Source of the DNA: Gammaproteobacteria bacterium
Lineage (GTDB): Bacteria; Pseudomonadota; Gammaproteobacteria; Berkiellales; Berkiellaceae
Direction of reading: 5' to 3'
NCBI GenBank assembly: GCA_016191245.1
Contig: JACPOY010000004.1
Coordinates: 3,159-67,158 of the forward strand
Length of the DNA stretch: 64,000 bases
The notes under the pieces are model-generated. The model was not told the origin of the DNA. It worked only from the letters and a program-made list of their open reading frames with translations, and searched no databases. Position 1 is the stretch's first letter. The number at the start of each line of letters is the position of its first letter. Position numbers and translations under genes: made by a program. Below are positions 32,833-43,042 of this stretch, one piece after another.

Positions 32833-32927
32833 TAAACCTTATTGTTCTGACTCAAATTTTCTTGATTATATCGATGGCCTAATACCTTGTCTACTTTGCT
32901 TGTAGTCCATTTATCAGTATAGGCCAT
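32832..32927 (-). CDS. 31-aa upstream ORF overlapping the next start by 1 nt
   Basis: AAGAGG RBS then MAYTDKWTTSKVDKVLGHRYNQENLSQNNKV; its TAG shares the G with the downstream GTG. Confidence 0.45.
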   Translation of the reverse strand: MAYTDKWTTSKVDKVLGHRYNQENLSQNNKV

Positions 32928-32944
32928 CCTCTTATCTTTAGTGT

Positions 32945-33130
32945 TTAGAAATCTTTCCAAATTTGACTGTCATTTTCTTCAACTATGCCATCTCTTTTTT
33001 CAGCAATTTTTTGCGCTTTTTGCATCTCTTTTTGCACAGAATCAGGGATTTCTTTGCGATTTTGATTATAGTCGCGCAAAAATTTATCAATCTCGCTCAT
33101 ATAGCCGGTTCTTTGAATTTTATTACTCAT
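32945..33130 (-). CDS. CBU_0585-like small protein
   Basis: YMSEIDKFL...KIAEKRD pattern, directly downstream of nfuA; recognised from memory, not by search. Confidence 0.7.
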   Translation of the reverse strand: MSNKIQRTGYMSEIDKFLRDYNQNRKEIPDSVQKEMQKAQKIAEKRDGIVEENDSQIWKDF

Positions 33131-33140
33131 TTAATGCTCT

Positions 33141-33752
33141 CTATGATGCGTAATAGGGATTTTCACCTTGGGTGTGATCTGTGACATCGATCACTGCCGT
33201 AATTTCAGGGAGCTGTGTCATCAGAGACTTTTCAATACCTTGCTTCAAAGTCACATCAACCATACCACAACCATGACACCCCCCCCCAAAGCGCAAGACT
33301 ACTTCCTTCATTGGGGTTATTTCAACTAAAGTCACCATACCACCATGACTTGCCAGATTCGGATTTACTTCAGTATGTAAAATATAATTCACTTTTTCGG
33401 CTAAGCTATCATCTTCATTAGGCTTAGCACCCTTTAAATTGGGCGCAGTTATAGCCAACTGGCCACCTAATTTATCGCTTTTATAGTCAATTTCAGCATC
33501 TTCTAAATAGCTGACGCTGGCTCTATCTATATAAAGGGTAAATTTTTCGAATGGGACAACAATATCACCTCCACGATGTTCACCCGGGGGACAAAAGGAA
33601 ATACTTACGTCCGCATTGGGAAGCCCAGGATGATCGAGAAACAATCGCAACCCCATGCCTGGCATTTCTTCTTTGGTAATAAGATGATGAAAATGTTCTT
33701 GAGCACTTTCGGTTATAAGTATTTTCGGAAGAGTTACGGCATCTACACTCAT
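33141..33752 (-). CDS. nfuA: Fe-S cluster carrier NfuA
   Basis: N-terminal ATC-like domain; VNPNLASHGG and FGGGCHGC (CxxC). Confidence 0.95.
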   Translation of the reverse strand: MSVDAVTLPKILITESAQEHFHHLITKEEMPGMGLRLFLDHPGLPNADVSISFCPPGEHRGGDIVVPFEKFTLYIDRASVSYLEDAEIDYKSDKLGGQLAITAPNLKGAKPNEDDSLAEKVNYILHTEVNPNLASHGGMVTLVEITPMKEVVLRFGGGCHGCGMVDVTLKQGIEKSLMTQLPEITAVIDVTDHTQGENPYYAS

Positions 33753-33966
33753 TTATCACCTGACGGGTCGAAATTAAGTTTGTATTTTACTTGATAATCG
33801 TTATCATTTGCTACCTAACCAATCCTTTGGCATGATAGTTAATAACCAATTAATAGAATTATTTATTCTGCTAATTAGTTTTGATATACTGCCCATTAGT
33901 TGTTTTACAAGGAAATGCTGGCTTATAGAGTCGGATTGCATTTTCTGCACTGCCACGGAGAGTTGA

Positions 33967-34170
33967 ATGGCTGACAGAAACGTTTTGGATTTTCGGGCGC
34001 AAGCTGAGCAAATGATGCGAATCATTGAAACCCGTCTTCAAGCTGGACAACGCGGTGCAGCGGTTGAATTTTTAATTCTCAAATTTAAAGCGCTTTATGA
34101 ACAAGGCGTATCTAGCGGCAAACTGTATGAAAGTGAGGGTATATTCCCGTATACGCCATTTTCTGAATAA
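33967..34170 (+). CDS. Small hypothetical protein (67 aa)
   Basis: GGAGAG RBS before ATG; fills an otherwise empty interval. Confidence 0.6.
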   Translation: MADRNVLDFRAQAEQMMRIIETRLQAGQRGAAVEFLILKFKALYEQGVSSGKLYESEGIFPYTPFSE

Positions 34171-34325
34171 CAGAAGCTGAATTTACTTAAAGTACACATT
34201 AACACCTCTCACTCATTTTCATAATTATTTGAAAAAGCCTAGTTTTTTGTCCAAGCCTTTAGTTTGGTTATACCACTGATATATGTCATACTATTAACAT
34301 GATGTCACAGTAGTGAGATACTTGT

Positions 34326-34613
34326 ATGTCAACAGGTCCAGAAGATAAACATGGGAGTTACCTTCCAATGCAAGGCAGCAATGAAGACAAAAAACTCTTA
34401 GAAGAATTAAAAAGTAAGATAGATGGAAAACTATCGCAAAAAATTGATAAGTATTTAACAATTTATTCTAGTGATTTCGAAAAGCATTTGGTTCAATTTT
34501 TGAGAGCTGAAAAAGATATCAATCTTAAACCCGAAGAGCTATCGAAAAAAGTTTCAAATAAATTAAATGAATATAAAGAAAAACGCAAAAATAATCCGGG
34601 TATGAAACGCTGA
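34326..34613 (+). CDS. Small Lys/Glu-rich hypothetical protein (95 aa)
   Basis: ORF preceded by GAG; helical, highly charged. Confidence 0.6.
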   Translation: MSTGPEDKHGSYLPMQGSNEDKKLLEELKSKIDGKLSQKIDKYLTIYSSDFEKHLVQFLRAEKDINLKPEELSKKVSNKLNEYKEKRKNNPGMKR

Positions 34614-34692
34614 TATTTTTGACGTTTGAGAATGGACGCTACATAATGTGGAACCTTTCGAGTAGTTGAGCAGTTCGAGTAGTAGGTGATAT

Positions 34693-34962
34693 ATGTTTAA
34701 AGGGCCAAACCACGATAACAACAGACCAAAAGCTGGGAGCGAGTGCTTGGAAGCTGCGGATAAAAAACCATATTCTCCTAGTCGAGATGAAACCATTCTT
34801 CAGGATGCAAAATCATTACCCGTCATACCAGGTGGCACACCCTTAAAAGATATTCCAGACAGAATTGAACAAAAAGCTTTTTGTCCTGCTTTCCAATATT
34901 GCGAGAGACAACTTGCAGAAGCAGATGCTCAATTAACTGCTGCTAACAAACAGCGCCTTTAG
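34693..34962 (+). CDS. Small hypothetical protein (89 aa)
   Basis: AGGTGA RBS; Pro-rich N-terminal half. Confidence 0.6.
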   Translation: MFKGPNHDNNRPKAGSECLEAADKKPYSPSRDETILQDAKSLPVIPGGTPLKDIPDRIEQKAFCPAFQYCERQLAEADAQLTAANKQRL

Positions 34963-35210
34963 TTGATTAAATATTTTACAATTTTCTTTACAAAAATATA
35001 GAAGTCTTTATCCTGGTCCCCAAATTCGTATTCAACTTGAACCTGGGGAGCTACACCTATTTTATCCTAGTATGCTAACCGCTTATCGGATAACCCCTAG
35101 CCAAACTTAGCTAACCATGAAAAAATTTTCGCTCAAGCACTTTACTTAAATTATAACTATGTTAACATACCAAAAATCATTAAGTTGAATAGTTAAATCA
35201 GGAAATCATT

Positions 35211-35405
35211 ATGGCTATATTATTCACTCCAAGCACAGAACGTTCATCAAGTTTAGACAAACCAAAGGGTGAATTTGCTGATGTTCTTCGATTAGCACCT
35301 AAGGCAATACATCCTTTGTATGATGCTACAAATGTCGTGCTATCTTACAATGATCCAAAATTAAAATTAGATGTAGAGGCTACATCTAGAATGAGAAACC
35401 GCTAA
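35211..35405 (+). CDS. Small hypothetical protein (64 aa)
   Basis: AGGA RBS; followed by a palindromic repeat. Confidence 0.55.
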   Translation: MAILFTPSTERSSSLDKPKGEFADVLRLAPKAIHPLYDATNVVLSYNDPKLKLDVEATSRMRNR

Positions 35406-35412
35406 TTCAAAG

Positions 35413-35469
35413 CCCCCTCTCTCTTTTCTTATCCCCTCTCCCCTTGCGGGAGAGGGTTAGGGTGAGGGG
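35413..35469. repeat. BoxC-like GC-rich palindromic repeat, copy 2 (most complete)
   Basis: CCCCTCTCCC-CTTGC-GGGAGAGGG-TTAGGGTGAGGGG with an upstream pyrimidine tract. Confidence 0.8.
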
Positions 35470-35474
35470 TAAAA

Positions 35475-35720
35475 TTAAATCACAATCGCGTCATGCGTCT
35501 GCATATCATAAATAACCCACCCAATTACCAAACCTAAGCCACACAATGGACCTAATAGTTTAGGTAAAAAGCTGCCTATAGATAATCCTCCAGCAAGGGC
35601 CATCACTCCTAGCGTTTTATCAGAGTGAGTCAATCCATTTTGTAGCATGAATTGGACATCGCCAAAAAAGCTACCACCAGCAATTTGTTGAATTTCCTGA
35701 GAAACAAGTTCGCGCATCAT
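35475..35720 (-). CDS. Double-glycine-leader peptide (bacteriocin/microcin-like precursor)
   Basis: AAGGAGGT RBS; leader MRELVSQEIQQIAGG; hydrophobic Gly-rich core. Confidence 0.75.
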   Translation of the reverse strand: MMRELVSQEIQQIAGGSFFGDVQFMLQNGLTHSDKTLGVMALAGGLSIGSFLPKLLGPLCGLGLVIGWVIYDMQTHDAIVI

Positions 35721-35844
35721 ATACCTCCTTGACTGAAACTCTGTTTATGTAACGAAATGATAATTCGTTAGCACTTGAGAAAGATAACGATCAACTTTGT
35801 AAAAAGAAACCTTTTTTACAAAAATTTTCTTAAATATTTTTTTA

Positions 35845-36633
35845 TTAAATATGACGTGAAGCGTTTTGAAATAAATTAAAGAAATTTTGTGACGTTACTT
35901 CTGCTATCTTACTAAGCGGTTCGTTTCGAAGTTCAGCAATGAACTCAGCAACATAGCGTACATAACCTGGAAGATTAGGTTTTCCACGATGCGGGTTTGG
36001 CGCAAGATAGGGACAATCTGTTTCTATTAACATTCTCTCTAACGGTACTTTACGTGCGACATCTTGAATTTGTGTTGCATTCTTAAAAGTAACAATGCCA
36101 GAGAAAGAAATATAGAAATCTAAATCTAATGCTTGTTTTGCCATATCCCAATCTTCGGTAAAGCAATGCATAACACCGCCTACCTCATTTATTTTTTCAT
36201 CTTGCATAATTGAAATCGTATCTTTTTGTGCAGCTCGCGTATGAATAATAAGAGGCTTGTTAAATTGACGAGCACAATCGATATGTTGTCTGAATCTCGT
36301 TTGTTGCCATAAAAGATCACCATTTGAACGATAATAATCTAACCCTGTCTCACCAATAGCAATAACGTTTGGATGAGACGCGTTTTGGTTTAATTTCACC
36401 ATGTCTAAAGGTTGATTCGGATTTTCATTAGGATGTAAGCCTGTAGAAATAAAGACATTGCTAAATTTTTCAGCTATAGCAGTTAAAGCGCTGTGGTCAT
36501 CTAATGTGACAGCAACACATAAAAAGTAACTTACTTCGTTATCCTTTGCTTGAGATATGACATTTTCTAGCTTGCCGTCGAATGGCGTTAAATCCAGCAT
36601 GTTTAAATGGCAATGAGAGTCAATTAAGATCAT
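35845..36633 (-). CDS. tatD: TatD family nuclease (YcfH type)
   Basis: IDSHCHL, IGETGLDY, HTR, HCFT, ETDCPYLAP. Confidence 0.95.
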   Translation of the reverse strand: MILIDSHCHLNMLDLTPFDGKLENVISQAKDNEVSYFLCVAVTLDDHSALTAIAEKFSNVFISTGLHPNENPNQPLDMVKLNQNASHPNVIAIGETGLDYYRSNGDLLWQQTRFRQHIDCARQFNKPLIIHTRAAQKDTISIMQDEKINEVGGVMHCFTEDWDMAKQALDLDFYISFSGIVTFKNATQIQDVARKVPLERMLIETDCPYLAPNPHRGKPNLPGYVRYVAEFIAELRNEPLSKIAEVTSQNFFNLFQNASRHI

Positions 36634-36639
36634 TTTATT

Positions 36640-37014
36640 TTACATCGTATGCGTTTGACGATCTGATGATAATGCACCAGCTAAGTATGTTTCAATTTTA
36701 TTTCGGATTTTAAAACCCTCATCTCCTTGAAATTGTACGCCAATACCTGATGCTCTGTTACCTTGCGCACCATTTGGTGTGATCCAAATAACTTTACCAG
36801 AGGCTGGTAATTTTTCAGTTTCTTCCATGAGATTTAATAGCATAAAAACTTCTTCACCTAATTTATAAGATTTCGCTGTAGGGATAAATAATCCACCATG
36901 CTTTACAAAGGGCATATAGGTTGCGTAAAGAACAACTTTGTCTCGAATCGTCAAAGACAAAATCCCCTTTTGCTGGGTTGTGGTTGAGCTAGGGTCTTCG
37001 CTATGCTCGCCCAT
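36640..37014 (-). CDS. pilZ: Type IV pilus PilZ protein
   Basis: YMPFVKHGGLFIPT, VIWITP, GIGVQF, THTM C-terminus; downstream of holB. Confidence 0.93.
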   Translation of the reverse strand: MGEHSEDPSSTTTQQKGILSLTIRDKVVLYATYMPFVKHGGLFIPTAKSYKLGEEVFMLLNLMEETEKLPASGKVIWITPNGAQGNRASGIGVQFQGDEGFKIRNKIETYLAGALSSDRQTHTM

Positions 37015-37894
37015 ATTTTTTCTCCCCTTGACATATATCCTGCCATTGGCAAAATAATGACTCGAACACTAATGATTTGTTAACGCCAGGCAAAGAAAGG
37101 TGTTTAATTGCTTCTTGCACATTGTCTAAAAAAGTAAAAACCTGCGTAGTTGTTATCGTTTGTAACAATGATTTAAGCTGATTTTCATTTACATCATTGA
37201 ATAAAAAATCAGTCTTGCTTTGCAAAGCGTAACGTATTATTTCAATCAACCAATAATAAATTAAGTATAGTGCAGCGAAAGGGTCTGCGACGATGAATTG
37301 CTGTATATCCTCTCTTTCAAAAGCTTTTACATTACCTTCACTAAATGCTTGCATCAGTGCAATTCTTTGCTGATGATTCTCATTTACTATTTCAAGCGCC
37401 GGTTGAGGAATATTAATGATAAAACAACGGCTCTTAATGGTGGGCAATAATAATTTGAGGTTTTCAGCAACTAATAATAATACTGCATCCCCTAAAGGTT
37501 CTTCTAAAGTTTTCAACAATGCGTTTGCAGACGCCGGCAATAACTTATCTGCTCCTAATAAACTTACGACTTTGCGCCCCTGTTGATGCGAGGTTTGTTC
37601 AATATAATGACTCATATTGCGGATATCATCTATGCCAATACCTTCATCATCAAAACTTAAACACTTGAAATCAGGATGATGTTGTTGCAAATATAAATAA
37701 CAAGAACGACATTGCCCGCAAGCCCCATCTTTTGTGGGCGATTGACATAATAATAATTGCTCAAATGTTTGTACAAGCTGGGTTTTGCCTATTCCTTTTG
37801 GCCCACAAAATAAAAACGCATGGGGGATTTTTTGCCTTAATACTTGTTGTAATAATCGTTGCCAAATAGGTTCAAGCCAAAGTTCAAAGATCAT
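37001..37894 (-). CDS. holB: DNA polymerase III delta' subunit
   Basis: GPKGIGK, zinc CxxC, HPDF, ANALLKTLEEP, LPTIKSRC. Confidence 0.93.
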   Translation of the reverse strand: MIFELWLEPIWQRLLQQVLRQKIPHAFLFCGPKGIGKTQLVQTFEQLLLCQSPTKDGACGQCRSCYLYLQQHHPDFKCLSFDDEGIGIDDIRNMSHYIEQTSHQQGRKVVSLLGADKLLPASANALLKTLEEPLGDAVLLLVAENLKLLLPTIKSRCFIINIPQPALEIVNENHQQRIALMQAFSEGNVKAFEREDIQQFIVADPFAALYLIYYWLIEIIRYALQSKTDFLFNDVNENQLKSLLQTITTTQVFTFLDNVQEAIKHLSLPGVNKSLVFESLFCQWQDICQGEKKYGRA

Positions 37895-38520
37895 AATTTA
37901 TCTTTTAATATGTTTTGAATGGTGCTTTGCACTGCTGCCAATGGATTCGAAGCATCAACAACATAATAGCGTTCAGATTGTTTTGCCATCTGTAAATATT
38001 GCTGACGAATTTTCTCGAAAAAACTCATCTTCTCCTTTTCGATTCTATCTAAATTGCGATTTTTTTGAATGCGCTCAAAAGCAGCCTCTACCGGCGCATC
38101 CAAAATAATTGTCAAATCGGGATGAAAATTACCCATAGCCCAGCGATTAATCTCATCAATTTTTTCAATTGCTATCCCTCGCCCTGCACCTTGATATGCA
38201 TAGGTTGCATCAGTAAATCTGTCACATACAACCCACTTGCCTTGATTCAGAGCCGGTTTAATCACATGTTCGACATGTTGTAACCTGCCAGCATAAAGTA
38301 ACAATAATTCTGTTTCAGCTAATGTAGTTTCTTCAAATTCAGATAATAGAATTCCGCGAATGGCTTCAGCAATGGGTGTACCACCTGGTTCACGCGTAAC
38401 AATAACCTCATTGCCTGCATTTTGAATAAGATTGGCGATAAAATTAACATTACTTGATTTGCCTACCCCTTCAATTCCCTCAATGGTAATAAACTTGCCT
38501 TTTTGAGTCGAATGTATCAT
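37891..38520 (-). CDS. tmk: Thymidylate kinase
   Basis: [29 protein letters not shown]. Confidence 0.97.
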   Translation of the reverse strand: MIHSTQKGKFITIEGIEGVGKSSNVNFIANLIQNAGNEVIVTREPGGTPIAEAIRGILLSEFEETTLAETELLLLYAGRLQHVEHVIKPALNQGKWVVCDRFTDATYAYQGAGRGIAIEKIDEINRWAMGNFHPDLTIILDAPVEAAFERIQKNRNLDRIEKEKMSFFEKIRQQYLQMAKQSERYYVVDASNPLAAVQSTIQNILKDKL

Positions 38521-39616
38521 TTATCGTTCCTTGTTGGGGCGTGAATTTTGGTAAACCTATACAATTTGGAATGACAGGACGCAAGTCCAAACCTGTATAG
38601 ATTGGCTGAGGAACCTTAGCTACTTGATAAAGTTCAACTGCAGTATTGTGATCAGCGAGTGAAGCTGAAAATTGATGACTGCCATCACCTCTTGCAACAA
38701 AATAAAGCGCTTCACTTTTATCAGGGTGCAATGCAGCCAAAATAGATTTCATGCCAGGCATTGCGATAGGAGTAGGAGGCAAGCCTTTATGGACATAAGT
38801 ATTATAAGGGGTATCCAGTTTGAGTTGATCACGCGTCAGGCGTCCCAAGTAATTTTTTTGCAGACCATAAATCACACAAGGATCAGTTTGCAGGCGCATA
38901 TTTTTAGCTAGTCTTCGTTGAAAAACGCCAGAAATCATTTCTCGTTCTTTATCTAGAGCTGATTCTTTTTCAATAATAGAAGCTAAAATAAGTGCCTCAT
39001 AAGGGGATTTCACAACAATATCCATTGCACGTGATTGCCAAGCTGCATCTAATTTGGAGCGCAACAGATGATGCGCTCTTTTGAGTATATCGATATCAGA
39101 CATATTGGAAGTATAAAAATAAGTCTCAGGAAAAAACTGTCCTTCTGGAGAAACGTCCAGCCCAAGTGTTGTCATGATATCTTGGGTCGATTTTCCTTGT
39201 AAGGTTTGCTTTAGTTTAGGTAGTTGCGATAAAGCCTGTAAAACATCTTCAAAAGTACTTCCTTCTACAATTGTAAAAGGATATTGAATAACATCGCCTC
39301 TGCTAATTTTATCAATGAGTTTTTCGGGTGTAATGGATAAGGGGATAAGATATTCCCCTGCTTTAAGTGACTTCTCAAGGCCTCTATATTGTAACCACCA
39401 ACATAACAACTGTGCTTGCGTCTTATTGAGAACGCCTTGTCTTTTTAATTGATGCACCATCAAATTAGCACCCACACCGGGCTTGAGATTATATACAACC
39501 GTGTGAGTACTATCTTGAAGTGGGCTATGAATGAAGTGCTGATAGGCAAAAATAGCGCAGGCACACAGCACCAGCGCTATGACAAGGCTAGATCCGACGA
39601 AAAATAAGCGACCCAT
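38480..39616 (-). CDS. mltG: Endolytic transglycosylase MltG
   Basis: [40 protein letters not shown]; start uncertain; overlaps both neighbours. Confidence 0.93.
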   Translation of the reverse strand: MGRLFFVGSSLVIALVLCACAIFAYQHFIHSPLQDSTHTVVYNLKPGVGANLMVHQLKRQGVLNKTQAQLLCWWLQYRGLEKSLKAGEYLIPLSITPEKLIDKISRGDVIQYPFTIVEGSTFEDVLQALSQLPKLKQTLQGKSTQDIMTTLGLDVSPEGQFFPETYFYTSNMSDIDILKRAHHLLRSKLDAAWQSRAMDIVVKSPYEALILASIIEKESALDKEREMISGVFQRRLAKNMRLQTDPCVIYGLQKNYLGRLTRDQLKLDTPYNTYVHKGLPPTPIAMPGMKSILAALHPDKSEALYFVARGDGSHQFSASLADHNTAVELYQVAKVPQPIYTGLDLRPVIPNCIGLPKFTPQQGTINDTFDSKRQVYYH

Positions 39617-40838
39617 TGGTGCCGCCAAATCCAAATGAGTTCGAGAGACAAACATCTATTTTCATTTCTCTTGCATGGTTTGGCACAAAATCAAGATCGC
39701 AATCTTCACTGGCCTTCACTAAATTAATAGTAGGAGGCGCAATTTGATCGCGCATGGCAAGGACACAAAACATCGCTTCAATCGCACCAGCGGCACCCAA
39801 TAAATGTCCCGTCATTGATTTTGTTGAACTCACAGGAATTTTTTTCGCATACTCACCAAGAGCAACTTTAATTGCCATACATTCACCAGCATCACCTACC
39901 TGTGTTGATGTGCCATGTGCATTGATATAGTCAATTTCATCCGCAGAAATCCGAGCATCTTTCATTGCATTGGTCATCGCATCCGCTTCGCCCAATCCCC
40001 CTTCAGAGTATGAAGTGATATGAAACGCAGAAGCACTCATGCCAAAACCAATCAATTCTGCATATATTCTCGCACCGCGCTTTTTCGCAGTTTCATATTC
40101 TTCTAAAACGAGAACGCTTGCGCCATCACCTAAAACAAATCCATCTCTGTCTACATCCCAGGGACGACTTGCTCTTTCAGGATCATCATTACGTGTTGAT
40201 AATGCACGTGCCGCTGCAAAGCCACCAATACCAAGTGGTGTACTCGCTTTTTCAGAACCACCCGCTATCATCACATCAGCATCACCATAAGCTATGCATC
40301 TTGCAGCTAGCCCTATGCTATGCACGCCTGTAGTACACGCCGTTGCACAAGCAATATTGGGTCCTTTAAAACCATGCATAATTGATACATAACCTGAGCT
40401 CATATTAATAATGGCTCCAGGGATAAAAAATGGAGATATGCGACGAGGACCTGAATCTCTTAGCTCATCATGGTTTTTTTCAATATAAGCTAAACCACCA
40501 ATGCCTGAACCAATAGAAACGCCAATGCGTGAAGCATTGTCTGGATTCGCTTGTAGTCCTGCATCTTTTATAGCTTGAGCCGCAGCTGCAATACCATATT
40601 GGACAAAAGTATCCATTTTACGGGCATCCTTTGTAGAGATCCCATAAAGTTGTGGATCAAAATCGCGTACCAATCCCGCAATTTTTGCATTAAAATTGGA
40701 AATATCAAATGTATCGATAACTCTGATGCCACTTTTACCAGCAAGAATATTACGCCAGCAGGTTTCAACTTCATTACCTAAAGGCGAAATAACACCTAGT
40801 CCCGTAACAACGACTCGTCGTGATGGTTGGCCGCTCAT
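39588..40838 (-). CDS. fabF: 3-oxoacyl-ACP synthase II
   Basis: [38 protein letters not shown]. Confidence 0.97.
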   Translation of the reverse strand: MSGQPSRRVVVTGLGVISPLGNEVETCWRNILAGKSGIRVIDTFDISNFNAKIAGLVRDFDPQLYGISTKDARKMDTFVQYGIAAAAQAIKDAGLQANPDNASRIGVSIGSGIGGLAYIEKNHDELRDSGPRRISPFFIPGAIINMSSGYVSIMHGFKGPNIACATACTTGVHSIGLAARCIAYGDADVMIAGGSEKASTPLGIGGFAAARALSTRNDDPERASRPWDVDRDGFVLGDGASVLVLEEYETAKKRGARIYAELIGFGMSASAFHITSYSEGGLGEADAMTNAMKDARISADEIDYINAHGTSTQVGDAGECMAIKVALGEYAKKIPVSSTKSMTGHLLGAAGAIEAMFCVLAMRDQIAPPTINLVKASEDCDLDFVPNHAREMKIDVCLSNSFGFGGTNGSLIFRRI

Positions 40839-40901
40839 CTACTTCCCCTTTGATACAGATAGGGCTATAACTACGCCCTACCTGTGTTTAGTTAGGAATT
40901 A

Positions 40902-41165
40902 TTATTTTTTCTTTGCGTGCTCTTCAACGTAAGCAATGGCTTCCCTTAAGGTCGTGATTTTCTCAGCTTCCTCATCAGGGATTTCAATTTCAAATTCTTC
41001 TTCTAATGCCATTACGAGCTCAACTGTATCAAGCGAATCCGCTCCTAAGTCATCTACGAATTTAGATTCAGGATGTACTTTATCCCGCTCTAATCCGAGC
41101 TGCTCCACAACGATATCCGTAACTCGCTCCTCGATGCTGTTCATGACAACTTGTTCCTCAGCCAT
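40902..41165 (-). CDS. acpP: Acyl carrier protein
   Basis: [20 protein letters not shown]. Confidence 0.98.
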   Translation of the reverse strand: MAEEQVVMNSIEERVTDIVVEQLGLERDKVHPESKFVDDLGADSLDTVELVMALEEEFEIEIPDEEAEKITTLREAIAYVEEHAKKK

Positions 41166-41323
41166 ATTATGACGTGCGCTCCACTAAATAAAGTTAATAA
41201 ACTAACATTAATGGTTAATACCTAGTTAGCGTGAGCGCAAATGCTAGCAAAATATTCTCATTCACGCTACCACTGCACCACCTTTCTCCCTTTAATCTGA
41301 CAATTAAAAAGAAAAAGAGAATG

Positions 41324-42079
41324 TTAGACCATTAACATACCACCATTTACATGTATAGTTTCACCAGTTATATACCGTGCTTGTTCCGATGCTAAAAACC
41401 CAACGCTTGCCGAAATATCTTCAGGTCGGCCCATCTCCCCTACTGGTATAGAGGTTAACAAGGCTGTCCGCTGAGCTTCCGGTAAAACGCGAGTCATATC
41501 GGTATCGATAAATCCCGGTGCCACTACATTAACAGTTATACCACGAGATGCAATTTCTTTTGCCAATGATTTTGAAAAAGCGATAACGCCTGCTTTTGCA
41601 GCACAATAATTTGCTTGTCCTGGATTTCCCATGACACCAACCACAGAGCTCACAGAAATAATTCTGCCCCATCTGGCTTTTAGCATGCCTTTTAAACAAG
41701 CTTTGCTTAAGCGAAATACGCCAGTCAAATTGGTTTGTAAGGTAGCATCCCATTCTTCATCTTTCATACGCATGACCAAATTATCACGAGTAATGCCTGC
41801 ATTATTTACTAATAAAAGCACTGGACCTACTGAATTTTCAATCGCTTTTAAGTTAGAAAGAATAGAGTCTGCATTGGCAACATCTAAAGTAATACCATAG
41901 CCTTTTATTCCGTTTTGTTCTAAATACTTGGAAATAGCATCGCTTCCTTTTTCAGTGGTAGCACTGCCTATTACCGTCGCCCCCATTTGTCCAAGAACCA
42001 ACGCAATAGATTGACCAATACCACGACTTGCACCTGTTACCAATGCAACTTTGCCTTCAAGAGATGATAATTGCCACAT
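41324..42079 (-). CDS. fabG: 3-oxoacyl-ACP reductase
   Basis: TGASRGIG, NNAGITRD, YCAAK, PGFIDTDMT. Confidence 0.97.
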   Translation of the reverse strand: MWQLSSLEGKVALVTGASRGIGQSIALVLGQMGATVIGSATTEKGSDAISKYLEQNGIKGYGITLDVANADSILSNLKAIENSVGPVLLLVNNAGITRDNLVMRMKDEEWDATLQTNLTGVFRLSKACLKGMLKARWGRIISVSSVVGVMGNPGQANYCAAKAGVIAFSKSLAKEIASRGITVNVVAPGFIDTDMTRVLPEAQRTALLTSIPVGEMGRPEDISASVGFLASEQARYITGETIHVNGGMLMV

Positions 42080-42084
42080 ATGAT

Positions 42085-43035
42085 TTATCCTAATTGTATT
42101 AATGCTGCTTCTAATTCCGCAGGTAATTCTATCGCAATTGATTTTAACTCAGGCTCAATGCGTTTTATTAAACCTGTTAATACCTTACCTGGACCGCATT
42201 CAATGACTTGCTGTATGCCATCAGACTTAAGTCTTTGCACAGTTTCAACCCAACGTACAGGCATAAAAAGTTGTTGCACCAAACGTTCACGAATATCATC
42301 TGGATGAGAACTTATTTCTACGTCAACATTATGAATGACAGGGATCTTTGGTGATGATATTTTGATATCAGCTAATCGCTTAGCAAGTCCCAACGCAGCA
42401 GGTTTCATTAAATCACAATGCGAAGGTACACTAACAGGTAACATAACAACTCTTTTTGCGCCTCTTGTCTTTGCTAAGGCACAAGCACGTTCTACGGCAG
42501 GTGTGTAACCAGCAATTACAGTTTGCCCAATCGCATTATAATTGGCAGGACTGACAACCTCACCTTGTGCTGCTTCTTTACAAACATCTAATAAAATATC
42601 GTTATTTTCTAAACCAATCACGGCAGCCATTGCGCCTAAGCCTTGCGGAACTGCTTCCTGCATTAATTGCCCTCTAAGAGCAACGAGTTGCACTGCATCT
42701 TCTAAACTTAATGCCTGAGCGCAAACCAATGCCGTATATTCCCCTAAACTATGACCTGCGAGCATTTTTGGCATCATCCCGCCTTTAGATTGCCATACTT
42801 GCCATAATGCGACCCCGGCAGTTAATAAGGCAGGCTGAGTATTCACCGTATCATTTAAGCTTTCTTCAGGACCATACTGCGTAAGTTCCCATAGATCTTT
42901 GCCTAATGCTTGTTTGGCTTGTTTAAATATTTCTGTAATAAGAGGGAATTTTTCGCTAGCTTCTTTTAGCATTCCCACGGATTGAGAACCTTGACCGGGA
43001 AAAACAAATGCTAATGTTGGATGTACTTTTGCCAT
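42085..43035 (-). CDS. fabD: Malonyl-CoA:ACP transacylase
   Basis: FPGQGSQ, GHSLGEY, SVPSHC. Confidence 0.97.
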   Translation of the reverse strand: MAKVHPTLAFVFPGQGSQSVGMLKEASEKFPLITEIFKQAKQALGKDLWELTQYGPEESLNDTVNTQPALLTAGVALWQVWQSKGGMMPKMLAGHSLGEYTALVCAQALSLEDAVQLVALRGQLMQEAVPQGLGAMAAVIGLENNDILLDVCKEAAQGEVVSPANYNAIGQTVIAGYTPAVERACALAKTRGAKRVVMLPVSVPSHCDLMKPAALGLAKRLADIKISSPKIPVIHNVDVEISSHPDDIRERLVQQLFMPVRWVETVQRLKSDGIQQVIECGPGKVLTGLIKRIEPELKSIAIELPAELEAALIQLG

Positions 43036-43042
43036 ATTTCAC

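Noticed and set aside
34957-34966. prfB-like +1 frameshift at CTT-TAG
   Set aside because: The +1 frame hits TGA after one codon, so no extended product results
34967-35110. Open frame LNILQ...YPGPQIRIQLEPGELHLFYPSMLTAYRITPSQT
   Set aside because: No start codon or RBS near its 5' end and no recognisable family; may be a remnant but cannot be supported
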